A DNA stretch of 48,427 nt, filler included, from Jimgerdemannia flammicorona (lineage: Eukaryota): NCBI GenBank assembly GCA_003990765.1. It is 2 parts of 2 records of this genome, joined end to end, with 100 filler letters (N's around TTAATTAATTAA, not from the genome) between each part and the next. Parts side by side here need not be neighbours in the genome. Positions count along the whole stretch, not along the records: positions 1 to 24,164 come from RBNJ01001014.1; positions 24,265 to 48,427 come from RBNJ01001015.1. The stretch is one strand, 5' to 3'. Position 1 is the first letter of the stretch; each line of letters starts with the position of its first letter. A program made the position numbers and the translations under genes. The notes below the pieces were generated by a model. The model was not told where the DNA came from. It made no database searches and worked only from the letters and a program-made list of their open reading frames with translations. Below, one piece after another: positions 20,859 through 30,380 of the stretch.

Positions 20859-23298
20859 TCACGACCCAACACCATATACAGTTTCGATATACGTCACCCA
20901 CCGCAAGATGATCAGCTTGATATCCTCCCAACCCTCCAGATTCTGTACCCTTTCCCCCTTCACACCTCCCACGCCCGCACTATCGAGCGGAGTGCGTCTC
21001 TCGACCTTGAACCACTCGCGATGTATATTCCCGCATCCCTTGCATGTATTGAGGTCAGCACGGTGCTTGTCAAAGAGTTCGAGATGGATGAGGCGCTCGG
21101 CGCGGTGGGAATGCTTGCACTTTATAACGGGGCCGGAGTCGAGGTCAGAGGTAGAGGAGGTCGATGAGGAAGAAGAAGGAGAAGGGGAAGGGGAGGGCAT
21201 GGGCGAGCTGCGGAGATTAGGCTGCGGGTAAGAGGCGGTGGTGGGGAAGTGCTCGATGAGTTTTGGGGTGTAGCCGCATTGCTGACTCCATTGGTGGAGG
21301 CGCCGGTGGAGGTTGGTGGTGCGGCCGACCTTGTAGAGGCAGTAGGTGTCGGTAGAGGAGGAGGGGCCTATGGGAAATCGATATGAGAGGACGTTAAGTT
21401 GGCGTGTTGCGTTCGCCGGTATGACTATCCCGAAGGGAGGAGGTTGAAAGCGATACAATCGGAAAAAAAAAAAAAAAAAAAAAATTCCAGCTCACGAGTG
21501 AAAATGTACGTACCGTCCAATAACTGATAGGCGTAAATGAAACCGGCATCGTCGCTCGGGGAAATGGGTTTCTCCATCTCCATACGCAGGAGGTACCTTG
21601 TCTTCTCCGAAAGGCCGGGGCTTATCCATTCTGTAAATTCAAGACCGCGGAGATGCGATGGCGTGCTTCAATATCACGCAAAACGCCTCCCCCGCGTCCC
21701 ACCATCCCTCGATGCTTACCATCAACATGCACCCACTTCAGCTTGATCTCCTTACCCACGAACACGAGCTTTTCCCGGACCGCCTCGGACCGATGATGAT
21801 GACAGTATGGCAACGCGCCGTCCTCATTACTCTCATCGATTTTAACCTTATTGGTGCACCGAGTTCCCTTCTTACTGAACCCCTGGCACCGCAAACTGGC
21901 CTTGCCGCTCGGAGTTGTGTCTCGCTGCCCGAGGCGCGAGTGCGTGGGCGGGCTCGGCATGCGGGGGAGGGTTGGGGAGGAGTGTGTGCGAAGTTGGTTT
22001 GCGACGGTATAGGGGGAGGGGAAGGAGTATTCATCGTCGGAGTTGGAGTAGGTAATGGGAGGTTGTTGAGGTCGGTGAGGGACAACGGAGGTGGAGGGTG
22101 AGGGTGAGGGTGAAGGCGAGAGCGAGTCAGAGGAGGAAGGAGATGAGGGCGGGAAGGGTTTTTGTCCCTGGGGGACGGTGGAGGAATGGGATTTGCGTGG
22201 ATGGTTGAGGAAAGATTTGAGGTTGTTGACGAAACCTTTGATGGAGGAGTTGTCGTTATCACGCTTTTCAGGCGTGGTGGGAGCTGTGGCGTAGTGGCGG
22301 TTGATGAAGGAGAAAGGTTTCTGTGCGGCTGTTGGGGGGGAAGCGGATGAAGTGGGTTCATAATTCGTTGCCGGAGGTGGCGATGCCGTGGACAGGTTCG
22401 GTTCTGCTAACGGTGTTGCGGGGAGAGGTTTATTCACGTTTGCGTTAGAGGTTGATGGTTCTTGGAATGATGAAAGATCCATGCCATCTGCGTAGTCTTG
22501 CTGTTCGGTGGGACCCCGACTGCCCGAATATGGTGTGCGTTGCGGCGACACATTCGATGTTTGGGAAACATCTCTTGTTCCCGCTTGTGTTGGGGTTATT
22601 GGCGAACGAATGATCTGCGGCTGGTGCTTGCCGCTGACAGTGATCTCTGCAGGCGTTGAATCGCCGGAATAAATGACGATCACCGTGGTGGACTGTTGAG
22701 GGACATTGGTGCCGTTTATGTTCGGCACCGCGGAACGTTCCGGTGTCGCTGTCTTTTTCCGCCTCCCGGGTCCATTGCTTTTCGGCTGCTTGGTTCGCTG
22801 GGGTGTGGCGAGCGCGAGAGTCTGCATGTTCTCAGTTAGCTGCCCGAGTGAGTCCTCGGTGTCGTTTTCGAAGTCGTCCTCGACAATGTGTGGATCCTTC
22901 TTGCGAAGCGCAAGGGTTTGCATGTTCTCTGTCAACTGCGCGAGCGAGTCCTCGGGGTTGTTCTCGACGATGCGTGGAACCTTCTTACGAATAGTCTTAC
23001 TGAAGAAGCCGATGTCGCCGTCGTCGTCGCTGCCGTCATTGTCAGGGTTGTCACCGACAGCTTTGCTCTGAACTTCCCAGTCCGAGTCAGAGTCCGCGTG
23101 GACAGACTCCTTGCTCTTGCGAATGTTGAAGATGTCAGTGTTGTTGGCCTGGGCACGGTGAGAGTAGCAGAACTGGTTGCCGTCGGCGTCGGTCACGCCT
23201 TTGACGACAGAGCGCTGACACGGCTTGCCGTTCACGGAGATGCCACGGCATTTTGTAGCGTTGGGGCGCTTTGAGGGAGTTCGTTTGGTGACGTGCAT
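20859..23298 (-). CDS. T5orf172/MUG113 (DUF1766, GIY-YIG-like) domain protein, 3 exons: 23298-21720, 21630-21514, 21367-20859 (~734 aa)
   Basis: GT-AG introns 21631-21719 and 21368-21513 keep frame. Spliced product has GFIYAY...YKVGRTTNLHRRLHQWSQQC...HRAERLIHLEL...CKGCGNIHREWF, plus two C-x-G-x4-G-x2-C...CxxH modules. Confidence 0.92.
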
Positions 23299-23640
23299 GT
23301 CGCCAACATGAGGTTCCGCTTCGTTGAGTGTTTATTCAGGGGGTTTCATGATTGATCGTGGCGCGGGACAGGTTAAATGCCGTGTCACTCATTCACTATT
23401 TCTGATGACTGACTCCTGACTGACTCCTGACCTGCCAACCATCATCCCTCCCCTGCCAACCACCCCTCCCTCCCTCTCCCATCAATCAATCAAATGCCAT
23501 ATGGGTGTAAACTTTTACTGTTCCATGTACTCGCCGACCAAAACCTACCTAACGAAATACAGGACCAACAATGATGTACAGTGAACATAATAATACACGC
23601 ACCATCCTAACAATCTACTCTATAAACACCCCCTCAACCT

Positions 23641-24060
23641 CTAAAACCTCCTCTCTCCCCATCTCTCCCCGTTCCACCTCTCCCCCGGCCACCATCTGTC
23701 CTCCATCTTCCCAATCTTAATAACTTCTTTATACCCGACGACGCATGCGACCGTCCCGCCGACATCCGTCTCCTCCTTCACAACGACCGCGTGCGGCACC
23801 TCCCCCGTCGCGACCCGACGCATTGCTCGCGCCACCACGGCCACGGGTGCTGACACCTTGAGACCGAGACACTTGAGGGGTGCCGCTAGAACCCGGAAGG
23901 CCAGCGCCTCACCAATGTCGTTGCCTCGACCGCGGCGTTCTTCTACCTCGAGGCCAGAGGGACGGACGATGGTCACGCGCGCAAAGTTAGAGAGGCGGAG
24001 CATGTGTTCGGTTTCGCCTTTGGTGCGAAAGTAGAGGAAGGGTGACCCAGGGTTCGCGCC
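23641..24060 (-). CDS. Terminal exon of an Fmp52/HTATIP2(TIP30)-like NAD(P)-binding oxidoreductase; upstream exons not in the window
   Basis: After acceptor AG (24061-24062) the exon reads GANPGSPFLYFRTKGETEHMLRLSNFARVTIVRPSGL, the GANxxSxFLYxxxKGExE...IxRP signature of this family. The 5' part is lost at the assembly spacer. Confidence 0.8.
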   Translation of the reverse strand, partial: GANPGSPFLYFRTKGETEHMLRLSNFARVTIVRPSGLEVEERRGRGNDIGEALAFRVLAAPLKCLGLKVSAPVAVVARAMRRVATGEVPHAVVVKEETDVGGTVACVVGYKEVIKIGKMEDRWWPGERWNGERWGERRF

Positions 24061-24164
24061 CTAAAGTGGGGGTGGTGATAGTTTTATAATTTTTTATTTA
24101 TATTTTATTTTTGTGGATGGGGAAAGGAACGAGATTTTTAAACGACAAGGTTCTCCCCCCCCCC

Positions 24165-24264
24165 NNNNNNNNNNNNNNNNNNNNNNNNNNNNNNNNNNNN
24201 NNNNNNNNTTAATTAATTAANNNNNNNNNNNNNNNNNNNNNNNNNNNNNNNNNNNNNNNNNNNN
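24165..24264. other. Artificial 100-nt assembly spacer N44-TTAATTAATTAA-N44
   Basis: Symmetric Ns around a 12-mer that has stop codons in all six frames. Confidence 0.95.
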
Positions 24265-25316
24265 GTGGAGTTGCGTGGAGGGGGCTGGGTCCCCTTGCTG
24301 CAGAAGATATGGGAGGGGAGGACATCACCTAGAGGCTTGACTGGCGATCTTCTTTCATTGGTTGGGCTTCAGAACACTGCGCAACTGAGATATAAAGGCT
24401 TCTGGTGGGGTATAGCCAAGGGGGCACACCGCATTGGTATTCGCTGGTGAGGGGATGAGGGGGAGAGGGCTTGGGGCCCAGTAATGTGGAGATGGGATTG
24501 CATTCTTCTGGGAGGCGTACCTTTACTGGAGTTCAACATTAGTGATGGCATCAAATGCCAAAGGGGACCAGGCCAGGATCTGTGGCCTAGCAGTTGGCAA
24601 GGGGTTGGAATTGGTGAGGAGTGGGACTGGCATGGGGTTTGGACCTGGAGTACTGCAGTGAAAAATTGGATGCCGCTGAAGTACTGGATAGTCTGGTGGC
24701 ATGTGCTGAGGAGGAATGTGATGCTTAACTTCCACTCAGGACACCTTGTTGTCAGGGGCTGCTTTGACTGTGAGGAGTGCCATAATGTAGGGCAGGAAGG
24801 GGGATTGATACAGATGCCAGAACATTGGCTAGGGGAGTGTGTGGTATTGGGAGACTTTTGGCAGGCCATTGGGGACCACTTGGGGGTAAGGCGTAGGGGT
24901 GATGATGTACGGGGGAGGTGGGAGGACCTGAGGGATCGATTGATAGGAGGGGTAGGGGAAGAGTGGATTACACTAGGCTGGGCATTGGCTATTTGGGTTG
25001 GGCTGGCCGGACACTGGCTATTTGTATTTGAGGAGGAGAAGAGACAGAGCTTGGGGAGCCGGTTAGCAAGGTGGCAGTTCCTTATAGAGGATACCTTGAC
25101 AGGTTGGTGGCTTGGCTGGGGGCTGCAGGGGGGTCGGAGACACCGCTTAGTGGTGAAAATCTGTGGTCAGAGTGGTGGACGAGTTGGAGTTGTTGGTGAG
25201 AGGGTGGTCTTTATATGTGAGGAGGTGGGGTGGGGCCCCCCAATGGGGATTGGTTAGTGGGTGGTTATATTGTATACTTATTCATAGACTGGTAATAAAG
25301 ACGGAGTCCAAGGGAC

Positions 25317-25366
<50 letters not shown>
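24265..25366 (+). mobile_element. LINE copy 4, 3' portion (ORF2 C-terminus, 3' UTR, pure poly(A))
   Basis: ORF 24484-25257 with CEECHN..EHWLGEC; single upstream stop at 24448-24450; AATAAA 25294-25299, hairpin AGTCC-AAG-GGACT, uninterrupted A-tract 25320-25366. Confidence 0.93.
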
Positions 25367-25368
<2 letters not shown>

Positions 25369-27105
25369 TATAGTGAGAGAATTCACTTAATTTACTAAGT
25401 CAACAATATAATTGACATTCTTATAGATATACTTCTTATGGTTTATTTATTGATTAAATGGCTAAGATTTCATATAAAAATAGTTCAATAAAGATACTTA
25501 TATATATTAATTATATAAAACCTCTTATATATTATATATTTATATAATATTTATTATGAGATTTATTTGTATATTTAAAAGTATAAAAGTAATCTTCTGT
25601 AATACTCAGTAATTGCTTATATTATTATAATATTAAATTTATACTTATAGTTTTATATCCTTTACCAAATTTTATTTATTAAGAAGATTTATTATATAGA
25701 ATACTCAAATAGTATTATCTTTTCTATCAAATACTAGAATAGACCTCTTGGCTATATTTATACTAATAACTAGAATTATATTTTCTGTATCTATATCTAT
25801 AGTTGTAATTGAAACTGCTTTTACTATTGTTAGAATACTTATAATTAGTATATCTGTATTATTATACTAATCTTGACTCACTATATTGTAGTATATATTA
25901 TAGTATATATTTTAGTAATATGTTACTATGGTTATTACTACTAAGTATAAGTAGAACTTATAATCTTTATTATAAAAAAGAATATTTCTATTGAACTTAT
26001 GTAGGTTATATATTTCATAAATAATATAAAACTGATGAAATGGTGTAAGTCACATGCTGATATATCAAGTTGCCATCTCAACATCCTGTATATTAACTGA
26101 TGATTAAACAATCTAAATTATAAAGAAAATATATATAATGAATATATAAATATAGAGACATAAGTATGAAAAATGGACAATAGTATTGGCTTACTGAAGG
26201 ATGAGCCTTCCACCAAGCCAACAAGCTGTATATCTTGCTGTTGAATACAATCAGATAATGCAGTGAACATATTTTGATTCACTAATATATTCTTACTTTT
26301 CAGCCTTTATAGATGACAAATATAAGCACATATTTACCTTATGTGTTGCATCTGACAATTTTGTAGGAGGTGATTGTCAATGAGGAATGGAACTTTTGCA
26401 TTTGGCGAAAGAAACTATCCAGTGAGGAAATATAGCACAGTAAATATGTAGGACACGTCAGGCAGGACTGTGTTGAAATATGCAACTCGAGTAACGAGCA
26501 ATTTGTGGCTTATGTTATGTACATGTCATCAATGCCGACGTCATCAATACCGACGTCATCAATCCTCACGTCATCAATAATTTCTGCAACTTGAGTATCA
26601 ATAAAAATATCCCTGTTCTTCCACGATTACTCCAGTAATTCAGTAATTCCAAAACGGAATAGATGAAAATTACAATTATTGAAACGTAAATACTGTGTTA
26701 GAAATAAATGTTAATTGCTCAATGATTGCCTGAAGACATGTTCCTCGCAATGGATTTGGGAATTAGCCGTTTCAATCCGCTGTTCTATATTATCATACTT
26801 CCGTCACATGATATATCATATGATCCCAGACACATAACCGTTCCTCGCTTCATGAAATACTTGACATGATAACAATACGGACCAGGGTTGGTGTGCCATA
26901 ATTAATACTGCGAGCTGTAATTGATGTTCATTGTGTTAAATGACGTCCAATTCGGGCGAGATTCATGGTGTAAAACTTTTTGATTGGGCAGGTTACGTAA
27001 GCTATTTGCTCCTTTTTTTTTTGCTCTCCACATTACACCATTTCCTCCCCTTTTCTTCCACAAATTTTTACTAATAACCTTACACACCGACACACCCTCT
27101 TTTCA

Positions 27106-28550
27106 ATCGAAAAACCTACAACACAAGCCCATCACCTTCGGCGTCAAGCTAGACAGAGATCTAACCATCAAATATTCCTCAAAGTTACCCGCTTAACCGC
27201 CGTCCCCAAAGCGCGCTCTCAAAGCTAAGCCTATAACCAAAACGAACGTCAACGCGCGTTCGTCGCTGTCAAAACGCGGTGCAAGCTCATTGAGATAACA
27301 CCGACTCCGAAAATGTTGACCCGACCGCCGGGAGCAAGCCAACAAAATGTCGTCGTCGCACCTAGCCGCAAGAGCTCGCCAGCAATGAGGCGGCCTACAA
27401 CCAAACCCATCTGCTAGACAGGAGCGTAAAAGAATGGCTCACCAGCAAACTCCAAATTACCACGCGCGGCGTTCAAACTTGGAGGCAAAAGCGAAAGACG
27501 ACGCAGTTGGTACGCGACATCTTGTATAATGGCATACCTCCGGCAATTCACTCGATTCGGACAGCAAGAACAACATCACCGTTCGTGACGGTAAGTCGGA
27601 CATCCGCGTGTGTGTGAAAACAAAATTGAGCAACCAGAAACAACGCCGCGTTTGCCGGCGGCTTGAGGGTGCCGCAGCTGGCGTCCTGGATGACGTTAAC
27701 AAGATGTGAAGGAGAACGCCAAAACGCTGATGACCAGGTTGACAACACTGGAAAAGGTGACGGTGTCTGCCTTTAGTAAGCTTCAATACAATCGATCAAT
27801 TTCTGCGTCTCCTCGTCGCAATGCAAGGTGGGATTCCAAGGAAAACGTGTGCCGACAAGAGACCAATCCACATCGTCACGCGAGTGCGGGACGCTTCCTC
27901 TCAAGACCAAGACCTCGCATTCCGATAACATATCCGTTGCTTCGACCGAGGCGTAAAATATCCTGCTCACCAGTAATTCAGGAGATGCAACAATCTCCTC
28001 ACCAATATTTTGCTCTCCGATCTGCAACATCGGCTTACCCGACTCGCACTTTAGAACCGAAGCATTGTCGCAGATCACGACGTCGGCCACTCCGCTTTCG
28101 ATTTCCGCTAATCACAGAAGCACAAGCTACAACCGAACCCCTCAGGGTATCTACCATACTTCATCCATTGCATTGCGGTCACTTTTGTTACACACAACTC
28201 TGATCGACGACACCCGTGGTCTACAGACGTGAAACACGGTTTCCATGATACTACCGCGTCCTTGTTCGTCGCCAGCGAAAACATCAGGACCGATATGCCG
28301 GCCAGATTCTCGACATCTCCGCAACATAAAAGGCCGTTATTGCAGGCGCTTCAGGCATCGTCCACGTCAGGTCGTCTCCAAACCACCTACCGATATGGCG
28401 AGCCTATTGAATGAAGTTTTGTGGGAGCAATGGCGCACGCCTCAGGGGGGTTCAGACTCCTCTTCATCGTCCGAGTTCGAGTTATTGGCTGTGCTATGCG
28501 ATACCCCTATTTATACGGCGGAGTACCTGCCTGTGGCGGAGATGGTATGA
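27106..28550 (+). pseudogene. Homeodomain transcription factor pseudogene (paralog of 30381-32534)
   Basis: Colinear with the intact gene. ATG mutated to ATC, stops at 27194-27196 and 27363-27365, frameshifts, 12-nt deletion removing FQNR of helix 3; retains KENAKTLMT.LT.LEKVTVSA and LAVLCDT..AEYLP. Confidence 0.9.
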
Positions 28551-28888
28551 ATAAAATTGAAGAAAACGATTAATTGAACTTGCGAGACGCAGCTGCCACA
28601 GGCAACACCACACACAACTGAACACAGGTACACCCGTTTGTAACACCTCGCCTCCACGCTCCACCACCCGCGAGCACTATGCGGCCTTTCCAAATCAAAT
28701 CCTTTCGAGAGTGCATTTATAAGTGTATAGATTTGCAAAAAGGTTTTAGAGATGTGCGAGTGACATCAGCAGTCAAAGAGTTCAAATATCGTTTGCCTAG
28801 CTGCAGTTTAGAAATATGTGTTGAAGTTTGTGATTTAGGGTCACATGTCACTGCGCCACCTGTCAATATGCGCGGTGGACCAGATAAA

Positions 28889-28932
<44 letters not shown>

Positions 28933-30380
28933 CCCCATTTTTTTTTTTTTTTTTTTTTTTTGTATATATCGATACCACGGACTTTTTTTTTTAAATTTTT
29001 TTTACGCATAATATTTCCATTTTTCAATACAAAAAGACTGTGCTCTCTTGTCACTGATAATACGTGGGAAAAAATTGCACCAGTTTTAACGATAATGAGC
29101 TTGACGTTAACATCTTTTTGATGGATACCACTATGCCTTCGTAAAATATATACATTGCTTTATTTTGCAAAGGCAGCTACCACAAAATGGTGATAATAAA
29201 TTACATGTTGATTGTAGCCTACATTCGAAACATGTATGTCAATGTGAACCATATCCGATATCGCAAATAACCATTTCCGTCAATGGTATCTGAACCGAGT
29301 CCCCTTGTTGATACGTATAACCTCTGTGACAAAACTTTTCTGATACACTCATATTTTCAGTGTAGGTGGATCCAGCTTGAACATCGGCTGATGATTGAAC
29401 TATCGAAAAAAAAGGTTAGCAAGTACTTAATGATTGTGTGAACAAAGAGACTCCAATATGAAGATAGACTATAGTGTTGGCTTACAGGAGGATACCAGAG
29501 AGAATCCCCTCATTGAAAATAAGCTTCGAAGCAGGCCATTGGAGTCCCATGCATCCCGCAAAGTTGACATGTCGTAGATCTGACTGTTGAACACAAAAGG
29601 GGGATGCAATGGAGCTGGACCTGAATATATCTTGGTTCACTAAAAAGCTGCATATTTCCGATCCCTTCGTGGCCTGAGAAATCCGAGCATTCACCTTATT
29701 TGTTGCATCGTGGGTGGATGTCGACGGGTAATGAGTCACATGCATTTGGCGAAAGCAAATATCCAGTGAGGAAATATGGCAGAGGACATATTGGGCGGAA
29801 CTGGACGAAAATTACAATCATTGAATGTATATACAGGCGTGGAAGGTAATCGCCCAATGGTCATCTTTACATATACTGCTCGCAATGGATTTAAGACTCA
29901 GCAGATTCAATCCGCCGTTCTATGTGAGATGAAATTCTTTAAAAAGCGACCAATCCAGATAGGCCATAAGGTACTTTTTAATAAACTTCGCCTCATATTA
30001 TAATCCTTCGATCACATGACACAAATCACTTGATCTCAGCCACATAACCATTCCTCTTATCAACTCAAAAACAACACCACCAACGCTAGCGTTTAGCAGG
30101 GTGCCATAATAATTACTGTGGGCCGTCAGTTGATATTCGTTTTTTATTTCATATCTTTCTTGTTTTGTATCTCATCATTCTTTTGAGCGTAACTAGTGGC
30201 TAAATGACACCCAATTTAACCTATTCTGGGAGATTCCCGATAGTATCAAATGGGGCTTTGTGATTGGCCGGGTCACGTACTTGATAGATTTTTTTTTTTT
30301 ATTCTCCTCATTACGCGTTTTTCCTCCTCTTTTCCCCCAAACATTATTCGCACCCGAGACACCCCCTCCCCCCCTATTCA

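Noticed and set aside
21622..21719. C-terminal tail (GKHRGMVGRGG...QNG) of the 558-aa ORF as a real protein end
   Set aside because: It is read-through of intron 1; splicing joins the ORF to the MUG113 domain.
24209..24220. TTAATTAATTAA palindrome as a biological site
   Set aside because: It is centred in a symmetric N spacer and is an assembly linker.
28892..28990. Long poly(T) tracts and the poly-Lys/poly-Phe ORFs over them
   Set aside because: Low-complexity sequence; I found no TSD or element body to call a retroposon tail, and the ORFs are artefacts.
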